A stretch of DNA of 64,000 nt from a phage: sequence record PZ445524.1; one strand, 5' to 3'. The position numbers were made by a program, and so were the translations under genes. The notes below the pieces were generated by a model. That model had not been told where the DNA came from. It worked only from the letters and a program-made list of their open reading frames with translations, and did no database searches. Numbering within the stretch: the stretch's first letter is position 1; each line of letters starts with the position of its first letter. Positions 28,487 through 37,531 of this stretch are shown piece by piece.

Positions 28487-28700
28487 ATTTGACTTCCTCA
28501 CCAGTGCATAAATCATATTCAACTAAACGAATAGGTTCATGAATGCCATATCCCTGAACAGAAATTTCTGTCGTAGGATAAATTCCATCAATATCGCCCA
28601 TATTCCACGCTTCATTAAATTGCTGTTCGCCTGAATTACTAAACCACTCGGCGAAAGCATTTAGAACATCTTTAGAACCTTCAATAATTATCTTTGCCAT
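28479..28700 (-). CDS. hypothetical protein (vs.5 position)
   Basis: 73 aa ORF. Confidence 0.45.
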   Translation of the reverse strand: MAKIIIEGSKDVLNAFAEWFSNSGEQQFNEAWNMGDIDGIYPTTEISVQGYGIHEPIRLVEYDLCTGEEVKYD

Positions 28701-29062
28701 TACAAACTCTCGGTGAAGGTACGAGCGATAACGTCGCGCTGCTGTTCCGGAGTCAGAGAGTTAAAGCGAACTGCATAACCGGATACACGGATGGTCAGCT
28801 GCGGATATTTTTCCGGATGCTTAACTGCATCTTCCAGAGTTTCACGACGCAGAACGTTAACGTTCAGGTGCTGACCACCTTCAATTTTAACTGTAGGCTG
28901 TGACTCAATTTCAATTTCACGGGCATGCAAACCATAGAAAATTTCTGGGTCTACAAAAGAGTCCTCTTTAAAGGTTTTAGAGACAATAATTCGTGCTTGA
29001 ATACCATCTTCAAAATAAATAGTACCTTTATGTGTGCCTTCAAGAATTTGATATGCTTTCAT
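28700..29062 (-). CDS. autonomous glycyl radical cofactor (GrcA/YfiD-like)
   Basis: 120 aa; C-terminal [25 protein letters not shown] glycyl-radical signature. Confidence 0.8.
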   Translation of the reverse strand: MKAYQILEGTHKGTIYFEDGIQARIIVSKTFKEDSFVDPEIFYGLHAREIEIESQPTVKIEGGQHLNVNVLRRETLEDAVKHPEKYPQLTIRVSGYAVRFNSLTPEQQRDVIARTFTESL

Positions 29063-29069
29063 ATAAACC

Positions 29070-29396
29070 TCAATTAGAAAATAAATTTATCCAAGATTGT
29101 TCTTTAATTAAAAATGGCTCAGAATCATATGCCATTAAACTTTGCGTAATTAGTCCTTTAAAAGGCCCATCAATAAATTCCATGGTAAAATATGGAATTT
29201 TATTCATTAGCCGTGCATTAGGAGCAGTACACAAAACTCTGCATCCTTTGAATACGCCTTTTTGCAATTTGTATTGCTTAGGATAAAATTCGCTTAAAAT
29301 GTTATTTTTTGCCAAAATTTCAAAATGATTCACCAATTTATTTTTAATAGTTTTTGGCGAAAAATAAAGATATTCGAAAAGCTGAGTGTCTGTCAT
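29070..29396 (-). CDS. hypothetical protein (vs.7 position)
   Basis: ORF trimmed to internal Met; overlaps the next gene in ATGA fashion. Confidence 0.4.
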   Translation of the reverse strand: MTDTQLFEYLYFSPKTIKNKLVNHFEILAKNNILSEFYPKQYKLQKGVFKGCRVLCTAPNARLMNKIPYFTMEFIDGPFKGLITQSLMAYDSEPFLIKEQSWINLFSN

Positions 29397-29935
29397 CATT
29401 GCATTCCGATTACGAAAAACTGTGGACGAGTAATACCACCAATACAACATTTAATATTACAGCAGCAGTGTACAGTGTCAATATGGACACTATAAATTTT
29501 ATCCATATCAGGAGATTTAACAGGCTCATCAATTATATACAAAATTCGCGAAAGCTTTAAACCTCTGAACTTGCTTCCTTTATTACCGATAAAACTGCGC
29601 ACAGAATCAGTAAATAAACGAAAACGTATATCATCATTAGAATAACGCGAAAATTCCTTTTTGATGCTATTTGCAGAAATTTTAGCGTAAGCTGAAGTAT
29701 TAGAAAGAACAATAACTGTTCCGCCATCATACAACCAATTAGCGGCAAAATTAGTTACTGCAGTTGATTTACCGGATTGACGTCCACCATCTAGTCGAAG
29801 TGTGCAATACTGCTTAAGTAAGTCTTCAAATGGTGGGATATAATCGTTTTTACAAATTTCTTCTACTCTAGCATCAGAATGGTGTGTAAAAGCATTCATC
29901 AGGGATAGATAAGGACCAGTTAAAAATGTTCTCAT
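29396..29935 (-). CDS. P-loop NTPase/kinase-like protein (where denV would be)
   Basis: Walker A GGRQSGKST; Cys cluster HCCCNIKCC near C-terminus; start chosen at ATG 29933-29935. Confidence 0.5.
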   Translation of the reverse strand: MRTFLTGPYLSLMNAFTHHSDARVEEICKNDYIPPFEDLLKQYCTLRLDGGRQSGKSTAVTNFAANWLYDGGTVIVLSNTSAYAKISANSIKKEFSRYSNDDIRFRLFTDSVRSFIGNKGSKFRGLKLSRILYIIDEPVKSPDMDKIYSVHIDTVHCCCNIKCCIGGITRPQFFVIGMQ

Positions 29936-30112
29936 TTTATTCTCTCTAAATTTGGGCCATTCCATGGCGCATGAATTGTCCATTTCTGTATTTACCCATT
30001 ACCGCACTTGGGCTTGACCTTATTACAGGTTGGCGGGAATCCCTCACAAAATCATGAGGTCCAGGTTGTTCCCATGTTATTTAAATGTAAATAGGTCTGA
30101 GTATTCGCTTTA

Positions 30113-30691
30113 TTAGGAATTACGGGCTGCATTAGCAACGGCATACGCGTACTGAATATTAGCGTCTTTAAACTTACCTTTAGAGGTATCTATTTCTGCC
30201 TTAAAGCCGCCTTTAGTCATAACATCGGCAAATTCTTTACGGAAAGCCATTGCATCAAGACCTTTCCATGATGATTTATGCTTAGCAAATTCAAGACCTG
30301 CGAAGTTAACAGCCTTAGCTAATTTATTATCAATAACCCATTTACCGGCTTTAGGCACAAACTTCGGGCCTTTCTGTTTAGAGAACAGTTTTAAATTCCA
30401 GCGGCGAAGGTCTGCATCAGCTTTAACAAATTCTGAGTCTAAGTTACTAGCAACAACATCTTCAATATGAGCAAATTTAAGTCCGTCAACTTCAATATTT
30501 AAATCGGTACGCCAGCGAAGTCCTTCCCATGCGAAGGCTTTAAAGTCGGAAGCCTTTGTAGCTAAGTACCGTTCAATAGGAGCTGTTTTAGGGTCAAAGC
30601 CGTTTCCCGATCGGTAGGTCCACTCATCTTTGTTAATGCCTTTGGCCTTTACTACAGAAGCTTCGGCAATAAATTCTTGATATGTTTTCAT
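30113..30691 (-). CDS. ipIII: internal protein III-like (capsid-targeted)
   Basis: 192 aa; N-terminal capsid targeting sequence MKTYQEFIAEA; size matches T4 IPIII. Confidence 0.75.
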   Translation of the reverse strand: MKTYQEFIAEASVVKAKGINKDEWTYRSGNGFDPKTAPIERYLATKASDFKAFAWEGLRWRTDLNIEVDGLKFAHIEDVVASNLDSEFVKADADLRRWNLKLFSKQKGPKFVPKAGKWVIDNKLAKAVNFAGLEFAKHKSSWKGLDAMAFRKEFADVMTKGGFKAEIDTSKGKFKDANIQYAYAVANAARNS

Positions 30692-30707
30692 GCGTTTCCT
30701 TTAATTT

Positions 30708-31025
30708 TTATTCTTTAGGGAAGTTTTTAGAATATGCATCATAAAGCTTATTTCCAATACGGCGGAAAACTCTAGCCGCAAAACGATTTTCTGGGTTTTT
30801 AATCATGATTTGCATCATATAAGTACCCGCGTCAGAAAGAGCTTCTTCATAGTACCCGTTAATTTCTTTAAGAGTCCTACGTTTACCACCAGGACCATCA
30901 ACAGTGATTTTCCATTTACCTGTAGAAGTGCGACTTGGCGGCTCAACTTGTTCAATCCAAATATAACCGCCTTCTACACGTTGTCCTGCAGCAGATTCTG
31001 CAATAAATTCTTGATATGTTTTCAT
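30708..31025 (-). CDS. ipII: internal protein II-like (capsid-targeted)
   Basis: 105 aa; N-terminal MKTYQEFIAES. Confidence 0.7.
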   Translation of the reverse strand: MKTYQEFIAESAAGQRVEGGYIWIEQVEPPSRTSTGKWKITVDGPGGKRRTLKEINGYYEEALSDAGTYMMQIMIKNPENRFAARVFRRIGNKLYDAYSKNFPKE

Positions 31026-31070
31026 GTGTTTCCTTTAAATATTTTAATTAGTAATTTGTCTCTTCAAGCA

Positions 31071-31101
31071 ACTGTGAATATACTATCACAATTCTAGGAG
31101 A
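31071..31101 (-). promoter_or_regulatory. T4-type early promoter
   Basis: minus GTTTAC ... TGATAGTATAT. Confidence 0.45.
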
Positions 31102-31113
31102 AAGTAAACAACT

Positions 31114-31644
<531 letters not shown>

Positions 31645-32100
31645 TTAAAAGAGGTTGTTCATTATTCGGTAAAGTGAAGGACCCATCACATATTGCCACT
31701 GAGTACGAGGAATAAGAGCAAAAGCGTCCATCTCTGGAATCATAACGCCATCTTTATTTTCAAAATAAGACTCGCAACGGCAATTTCTAAACATCTCATG
31801 CTCTACTGGAATCGTATAATAAAATAACTGTAGGTCTTTATTACTAGAATATTTAAATACACCTAGGTCTTCTAGAAGGTCTGGATTATAATTGCTAAAA
31901 CCAGTCTCTTCTAAGCATTCTCTTCGTGCTGCATCTAATGCGCTTAAATCAGAACATTCTACACGACCTTTTGGAATATCCCAACGATGTGCCATCATTC
32001 CAGGCTTACGAGAACCAGTAACCCGACCCATAAATAAATCTTTATCTTCTGTCATAAAGATAATACCAGCTGATAATGTTTTCATTTTAATTTCCTGCAA
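31645..32100 (-). CDS. nudE: Nudix hydrolase
   Basis: 151 aa; Nudix box AARRECLEETGF. Confidence 0.85.
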   Translation of the reverse strand: MQEIKMKTLSAGIIFMTEDKDLFMGRVTGSRKPGMMAHRWDIPKGRVECSDLSALDAARRECLEETGFSNYNPDLLEDLGVFKYSSNKDLQLFYYTIPVEHEMFRNCRCESYFENKDGVMIPEMDAFALIPRTQWQYVMGPSLYRIMNNLF

Positions 32101-32444
32101 TCACTCACAAACTCTTTCATTGATTCATTTTCAATATAAGACATGTAGCTATTATATTCCTTTAATTGTATTTTGTAATCCTTTTTTCTTTGCCAATTTA
32201 TTTTAAAATTATCATAATGAAAATATAGCATGATACCAAAGAATGAAAATAATGAAATCGCTATAGTAAAACGAAGTTCACTCCAAACCTCTGTTATAAT
32301 TACTGTGCCGTCGATGTTTAAAATAAGACAGTCAATTAACAATCCAAAAAGACTACCTGCAAGAGCTGCAGCCAACGCCACAGCAAAAATTAAAAATGAC
32401 TCAGGAAACGAATATTTGACTTTATTTAATTTTGGCTTTTGCAT
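32082..32444 (-). CDS. membrane protein (e.x)
   Basis: 120 aa; two predicted TM helices. Confidence 0.5.
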   Translation of the reverse strand: MQKPKLNKVKYSFPESFLIFAVALAAALAGSLFGLLIDCLILNIDGTVIITEVWSELRFTIAISLFSFFGIMLYFHYDNFKINWQRKKDYKIQLKEYNSYMSYIENESMKEFVSDCRKLK

Positions 32445-32818
32445 CGTGATTCCTTAACAAATTTCATAATTTCATTAAATTCATACATATCAAGTTTAAG
32501 CTGATGTTCCCTTTTAATCTTTTTACATTGGGCTTTCCAATCGCGTACACGTTTACGATAATGTCTTCCTTGATACCAATATCCTATCCAGTTTACAGGT
32601 ACTAATAAAAATGGAACTATTAATGGAAGAATTAGCATTAACACAAGTATTTCGCCAGAATCAATATCAGTCATAACATCTAAAACACCTCCAATAATCA
32701 ATAGAATTACAAATGATATGAGTATCACAGGACCTATTAATACATCAGTAGAAATTATCTGACGCTTTAATTCATACTTCAACGGTTTACTTGGAAGGTA
32801 TAGTGATGGTTTTGACAT
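32426..32818 (-). CDS. membrane protein (e.x)
   Basis: two TM helices then basic tail; start approximate. Confidence 0.45.
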   Translation of the reverse strand: MSKPSLYLPSKPLKYELKRQIISTDVLIGPVILISFVILLIIGGVLDVMTDIDSGEILVLMLILPLIVPFLLVPVNWIGYWYQGRHYRKRVRDWKAQCKKIKREHQLKLDMYEFNEIMKFVKESRCKSQN

Positions 32819-33395
32819 ATTCTCTACATTCCTTAACAAATTTTTCTAGTAATAAATCACTTTCAAAATTAGGATTTTCCACTAATTTATCAAAAAGACC
32901 ATCAACAATATTCAAGATATTTCTTTTACTAAGAATACGTTTATTTTCATGCTTCGTTTCAGAATCAACTATAAGAGTAAAGAAATATTTCTTTCCCTGA
33001 AATTTTACTGTAGTATCAATATAGAATAAATTTGACTTTTGTAAGTTACGTTTAAACCATGCGTCACTTAAACTATAAACACCGAGATAATCAAAATCGT
33101 CGTTTAAATAACAAACTGTCCATTCAGGGGAAATGAAATCAGTAAATTCAACATCAAAATCACATGTCAATAAATGAATTGATTCAATGCTGTTAATAAG
33201 TATTCCAGGACGTATTAAAGACTTTTTACCTCTGGAAAATCTTCCAGAAAGACTTTCATCAGTTTCATATGAAGAACCCCAATAATAATTACGTCCTTCT
33301 GCCATACGTTTAAGAGCATTTAGCAATTGGTCTGGAACATCAACTTGCCTTTGGAACTCTTCAAACATTGAATTGAAATCACTTTGCATTTTCAT
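32787..33395 (-). CDS. hypothetical protein
   Basis: 202 aa ORF. Confidence 0.5.
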   Translation of the reverse strand: MKMQSDFNSMFEEFQRQVDVPDQLLNALKRMAEGRNYYWGSSYETDESLSGRFSRGKKSLIRPGILINSIESIHLLTCDFDVEFTDFISPEWTVCYLNDDFDYLGVYSLSDAWFKRNLQKSNLFYIDTTVKFQGKKYFFTLIVDSETKHENKRILSKRNILNIVDGLFDKLVENPNFESDLLLEKFVKECREYVKTITIPSK

Positions 33396-33436
33396 TCCTA
33401 TTTACTCCAAGTAATAGGGGCCGAAGCCCCTTATCA

Positions 33437-34030
33437 TTATTTCAGAGAATTAATATATTCCTGAACATCGGCAGAGGTAGTTTCAACCCCAGAAATATTG
33501 CCATTAAATGTTTCAACTCGAGCAAGAGTATCTTCAATATCAACCTTAGTCAGTGCTGCAATTTCAACTACATCATCAGCAGTACTAATTCCAAGTGCAT
33601 TCGCTGCACGAGTTTCACGGATATATTCCAATTTAACTGCAAGTTCTTGGCGAGCATCATCTAACTCAACTACTTTCTTAGCGATTTCAATTCGCATTTC
33701 AGCATAACCATCAGCTTTAGTAGTCAGCTGTTCAGCTGTTCGACGATATAGCAAACCGAGTTTAGCATGCATTGTTACATCTTGACCTTCGGAAAGAAGC
33801 TTGCGAATTTCACGCTCTTTTGATTCAGCCTGCTTATTCTTTTCGACAATAAGTTCACGAATACGCTTTTCTTCATTAATAGATTTAACAGAAGCAGTTT
33901 TTAGATCTTTAATTTTATCAAGCAGTTTTGCTGCTGCGGCAGTATACTGTTCTTCAACAGATAAATTTTTAGCCATAGCAGAACCAAGTTTAGTGCGAAT
34001 AAACTCAACAATTTTCTTCAGTGTGTTCAT
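33437..34030 (-). CDS. coiled-coil protein (PspA/IM30-like?)
   Basis: 197 aa, all-helical heptad-rich; resemblance to PspA is compositional only. Confidence 0.45.
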
Positions 34031-34073
34031 AGTATTTCCTTAGGTTAATTAAGATTTAAAATCCATGAGAGTA

Positions 34074-34250
34074 TTATACTCCGGATAGGTTGTAAACTAT
34101 TTCAACATCGCCTTTTGCTGCTTTATAACCTTCAGCCCAAGATACAACCGAGTTTTTATCCGAAGATTCAAATTCTGGCATTGGGCTTTCGCCAATGTTC
34201 ACGCAGTATGTTTCTTCATTTTCGTCAAACCAAATAATTAAAGTAGTCAT
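34074..34250 (-). CDS. hypothetical small protein
   Basis: 58 aa ORF translated by hand (MTTLIIWFDENEETYCVNIG...). Confidence 0.35.
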   Translation of the reverse strand: MTTLIIWFDENEETYCVNIGESPMPEFESSDKNSVVSWAEGYKAAKGDVEIVYNLSGV

Positions 34251-34319
34251 TTATTTCTCCGTTTTCTGTATTTGTTTTGATAAGTCTATAATAACACCGT
34301 CCTTGGCGTTTGTACACAA

Positions 34320-34595
34320 TTATTTCATATTATTGAAATATTCTTCTGCGATTTCATCGTTATCATGGTAAACTTTAGAAGACAGTTTAACATAACCTTC
34401 AGCAGTGAACATGTTAATCACAACCTTTACAGTATACCACTGACCATCTTCATTACCCATTACTGCGTAAGTTTCAAACATCGGATGGTCAGGACCGATA
34501 ACTTTAATATCATTCACTGTACGACCAAAATCTTCTGAAACACATTTCATAAAGAAGTTGAACAGTTCACCGTAATTATCCATTTTATTCTCCAA
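34320..34595 (-). CDS. hypothetical protein
   Basis: 91 aa; early promoter and SD upstream. Confidence 0.5.
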   Translation of the reverse strand: MENKMDNYGELFNFFMKCVSEDFGRTVNDIKVIGPDHPMFETYAVMGNEDGQWYTVKVVINMFTAEGYVKLSSKVYHDNDEIAEEYFNNMK

Positions 34596-34615
34596 GTTGT
34601 TTTCTGTATCAGTAG

Positions 34616-34646
34616 TTGATAGTTGTATAGTACCATGGAAGAACAG
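34616..34646 (-). promoter_or_regulatory. T4-type early promoter with conserved leader
   Basis: minus GTTTAC ... GGTACTATACAACTATCAACTAC. Confidence 0.55.
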
Positions 34647-34811
34647 GGATGTAAACAGTTTTGTGAAAAATTTTTAGGGAATTCTAGGGCGGGGAGGGGC
34701 AATTAAAAGATAGGATAATATATTATAAAGGGTATAAACTAAATGACGCCTAGAGAGGTCTGGAAAGGCCTAGATACCAAAAAGCCCTATCATTTAGATA
34801 GGGATTTAAAA

Positions 34812-35375
34812 TTATTTACCTAGTTTAGCTATTATAGCTTCGGCAGCAGCTTTTAGCTTAGATGCAGTGTTAATACGATTTTTAATTTCAGTATAAGCAT
34901 CGCCAAGAACATCAAGGCTATCAGAATAAACACTTACACTATTGCGTTCGCTATTTGAAATAGAACCTTTAGTTTTACGATCAAAATCGGTATACACGTC
35001 TTGAAGATCGCGGGCTGCCTTCTTTGCATCATCCAATGCATCAAGAGCTTTATTCAAAGCATTAACATATTTTTTAGTGTCAAACATATTCTTAGAAATT
35101 TTGACAGGTGCGCGTTCAGGAGTAGCTAAGGCAGATTTAGGAACCTGTTTACCAGATGCCAGTTTCTTAGAAATTTTGAAAAATGCTTTATTGAAATTAT
35201 TTTCTTGACTCATCGTAAAAGAACTATTATCGATGTTATACATTTCAATAGCTTTAGCTTTCCACTTAAGAAAATCGCCCCGGTCTTTTGGGTCCAAGTG
35301 GAAGAATACTTTAGTAAGATCTGCTTCAGATGGTAATTTTGCTGCTTCGGTTAAAAATTCTGCATAGGTTTTCAT
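34812..35375 (-). CDS. internal-protein-like protein with capsid targeting sequence
   Basis: 187 aa; N-terminus MKTYAEFLTEA resembles the IP capsid targeting sequence. Confidence 0.55.
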   Translation of the reverse strand: MKTYAEFLTEAAKLPSEADLTKVFFHLDPKDRGDFLKWKAKAIEMYNIDNSSFTMSQENNFNKAFFKISKKLASGKQVPKSALATPERAPVKISKNMFDTKKYVNALNKALDALDDAKKAARDLQDVYTDFDRKTKGSISNSERNSVSVYSDSLDVLGDAYTEIKNRINTASKLKAAAEAIIAKLGK

Positions 35376-35449
35376 TTAAAATCCTTGAAATAATTTATTG
35401 GTTATTAATTATTTATTATTGTAACAGCATTCTCCGAGTGATTCAAACT

Positions 35450-35477
35450 AAAAAGCCCCAACCTTTCGGTCGGGGCT
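35450..35477 (-). terminator. rho-independent terminator ending the tRNA/stable-RNA transcription unit
   Basis: minus AGCCCCGACCGAAAGGUUGGGGCU followed by UUUUU. Confidence 0.7.
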
Positions 35478-35793
35478 AAGCCTTGCGGCAACCTTGTCGG
35501 GGTTCCACCTGCTAAGGCAAGTGTTTGTACGAAACGCCGGGACTTGAACCCGGTTATTGAGTAGTTGACGCTACTCAATATTTTTAAAAGGCCATATCTC
35601 GACCATATCCGAACGTTCCGTCAAAAACGCTACTCGGCTTATGGCAAAGATATTTCCTCGAATCGATAATTCGGTGCGCCGTTTCTGCTGTGATGTAAGG
35701 GGATATTAACAAATCGTAAAGATTTATTAAGACCAGTCCTTACTCAGGGAACATCAGTCCGACGACTTACCGGTAGCGACCCGGTTTCTTGTC
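35478..35793 (-). ncRNA. stable small RNA region (likely two RNAs, T4 species 1/2-like), boundaries not resolved
   Basis: No credible ORF; lies between tRNA-Arg and the terminator; contains tRNA-like T-arm CCGGGTTCAAGTCCCGG with pairing acceptor-like strands CGGAACG / CGTTTCG. Confidence 0.4.
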
Positions 35794-35870
35794 TGGTCGA
35801 GGCAGAAGGATTCTAACCTTCAACCTACGGATTAGAAATCCGTTGCTCTATACAATTGAGCTATGCCCCG
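35794..35870 (-). tRNA. tRNA-Arg (anticodon UCU), CCA encoded
   Basis: Hand-folded cloverleaf: acceptor CGGGGCA/TGCCTCG, D-stem GCTC/GAGC, anticodon stem ACGGA/TCCGT with loop TTTCTAA, T-arm GAAGG/CCTTC. Confidence 0.75.
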
Positions 35871-35873
35871 TAA

Positions 35874-36539
35874 TTAAAATTTCATTTTTCGACCTTTAAA
35901 CCATCCTTCTGGAATTGGGTCAGTTTTCTTAATACGTTTAGAAACTTTTTCATCTAATGAATGAATCCACATCATACCAAATTGGGAATTCTTTTCGCCC
36001 TGTTGATGTTTATTTCTGGCGTGAGATTCTTTCATTTTATTAATAGTTTCAGGAGTATGATGCTTATTTAAAAATCTGCTATTATTTAAAAATTTTTCCC
36101 TGTATTCAGGAGTTGACCACAAGCGTTTAAATACATTTGAACCATGTTTACGATATTTTTCTTGAAGTAAAATATCATTTTTAAAACGTGACTTAAACGA
36201 TTTAGCTCCTTTTAAGCTAGCATCTTTCTTCTGGTTTAGCATCCCAGGAATATTTACATGATCCCATCCACCTTCACCACCAAGTTTTAAATTATACACA
36301 TCTGGTCTATTTAAAAACTCTTCTGTGACAATATTTTTCTCGGCTTCAAGCATAGATTCTTTATCATCAAAATACTCTAATATTTCTTTAGAAAAATTTT
36401 CTATACCATATTTATCTTGGGCTCTTTTTAATAATTTACCAGAACCCATATATCCATCATCTAAATTTTCGGTAGAATGCGCACCAATATAAATTTTATT
36501 ATTAATTTTATTTGTTATTTTATAAGTGTAATGGAACAT
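35874..36539 (-). CDS. segB: GIY-YIG homing endonuclease SegB
   Basis: 221 aa; GIY-YIG motifs KIYIGAHST and YMGSG; embedded in the tRNA cluster as in T4. Confidence 0.85.
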   Translation of the reverse strand: MFHYTYKITNKINNKIYIGAHSTENLDDGYMGSGKLLKRAQDKYGIENFSKEILEYFDDKESMLEAEKNIVTEEFLNRPDVYNLKLGGEGGWDHVNIPGMLNQKKDASLKGAKSFKSRFKNDILLQEKYRKHGSNVFKRLWSTPEYREKFLNNSRFLNKHHTPETINKMKESHARNKHQQGEKNSQFGMMWIHSLDEKVSKRIKKTDPIPEGWFKGRKMKF

Positions 36540-36580
36540 AAATATCTCCTATTTCTAAGAGTATTTATGTTCCCAAAATA

Positions 36581-36652
36581 TGGCCCTGGGTGGAATTGAA
36601 CCACCATCTGGCGATTATGAGTCGCTTGCTTGAACCTTCCAGCTACAGGGCC
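36581..36652 (-). tRNA. tRNA-Ile (anticodon CAU, presumably lysidine-modified), no encoded CCA
   Basis: Hand-folded: acceptor GGCCCTG/CAGGGCC, anticodon loop CTCATAA, T-arm GGTGG-TTCAATT-CCACC. Confidence 0.7.
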
Positions 36653-36653
36653 T

Positions 36654-36729
36654 TGGTGCTGATTGACGGAATCGAACCGCCGACCTTCTCATTACAAGTG
36701 AGTTGCTCTACCTACTGAGCTAAATCAGC
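36654..36729 (-). tRNA. tRNA-Thr (anticodon UGU), CCA encoded
   Basis: Hand-folded: acceptor GCTGATT/AATCAGC, D-arm GCTC/GAGC, anticodon loop CTTGTAA, T-loop TTCGATT. Confidence 0.8.
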
Positions 36730-36731
36730 AA

Positions 36732-36818
36732 CGGAGGCGATAGGATTTGAACCTATGAGTCGCCGGAGCGACTGCCGGTTTTCAAGACCGGTGCATTAAA
36801 CCACTCTGCCACGCCTCC
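36732..36818 (-). tRNA. tRNA-Ser (anticodon UGA), long variable arm, no encoded CCA
   Basis: Hand-folded: acceptor GGAGGCG/CGCCTCC, anticodon stem CCGGT/ACCGG with loop CTTGAAA, variable arm GTCGC-TCCG-GCGAC. Confidence 0.8.
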
Positions 36819-36820
36819 AG

Positions 36821-36894
36821 TCTCCGCGGCAGGATTTGAACCTGCGACATTCTGCTCCCAAAGCAGACGCTCTACCAAACTGAGCTACACGGAG
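36821..36894 (-). tRNA. tRNA-Pro (anticodon UGG), no encoded CCA
   Basis: Hand-folded: acceptor CTCCGTG/CGCGGAG, anticodon stem TCTGC/GCAGA with loop TTTGGGA, T-arm GCAGG-TTCAAAT-CCTGC. Confidence 0.8.
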
Positions 36895-36904
36895 TAAATT
36901 AAAT

Positions 36905-36978
<74 letters not shown>

Positions 36979-36983
36979 AAATT

Positions 36984-37070
36984 TGGTGCGAGAAGTGGGA
37001 CTCGAACCCACAAGGAAATCATTCCGCAGCATTTTAAGTGCTGTGCCTTTACCAATTTGACCATTCTCGC
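36984..37070 (-). tRNA. tRNA-Leu (anticodon UAA), long variable arm, CCA encoded
   Basis: Hand-folded: acceptor GCGAGAA/TTCTCGC, anticodon stem CAGCA/TGCTG with loop CTTAAAA, variable arm GGAA-TGAT-TTCC. Confidence 0.8.
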
Positions 37071-37071
37071 G

Positions 37072-37144
37072 CTGGGAATAAAGGACTCGAACCTTTGCAT
37101 CCTGGAATCAAAATCCAGTGCCTTACCAACTTGGCTAATTCCCA
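37072..37144 (-). tRNA. tRNA-Gln (anticodon UUG), no encoded CCA
   Basis: Hand-folded: acceptor TGGGAAT/ATTCCCA, anticodon stem CTGGA/TCCAG with loop TTTTGAT, T-loop TTCGAGT; 1 nt from tRNA-Leu. Confidence 0.75.
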
Positions 37145-37241
37145 ATTATTAACAAAGGCTCTCTAACAAGAACCCTTGATGATAGAGGGTATTAATCAGT
37201 GCGGTATGAGTTAATAATAACAAATAATTCTTAAAGCATAT

Positions 37242-37529
37242 TTACCATTTATGATGATATGTATTTACGATACATTCAAGACCCAAAGGATTCTTGAAAA
37301 TATCATATTCAAGAGGACCTTTTTCCGTTTCAATAAAGAAATCAAAATTTACTGTATTAAATTTACGGTCTTCCTTTACTAATTTAACTTGAGAAGATGA
37401 ACGGTCAATGTAAACCTTTTCAACTTCAAAACATGTTAAAATTCCATAATCATCAATCAAGGCTTTAGCTGCGTCTTGATCATATTTATATCCATTTTCA
37501 ATGGACGATACTTTCGCATAAAGAATCAT
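37242..37529 (-). CDS. hypothetical protein
   Basis: 95 aa ORF in the ipI-locus neighbourhood. Confidence 0.5.
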   Translation of the reverse strand: MILYAKVSSIENGYKYDQDAAKALIDDYGILTCFEVEKVYIDRSSSQVKLVKEDRKFNTVNFDFFIETEKGPLEYDIFKNPLGLECIVNTYHHKW

Positions 37530-37531
37530 TA

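Noticed and set aside
29557-29748. ORF 29557-29748 (63 aa, minus)
   Set aside because: Nested out of frame inside the P-loop ORF 29396-29935.
29936-30112. Possible structured RNA or late promoter in the noncoding gap before ipIII
   Set aside because: Only short imperfect inverted repeats; no exact TATAAATA and no convincing hairpin plus U-run; too weak to call.
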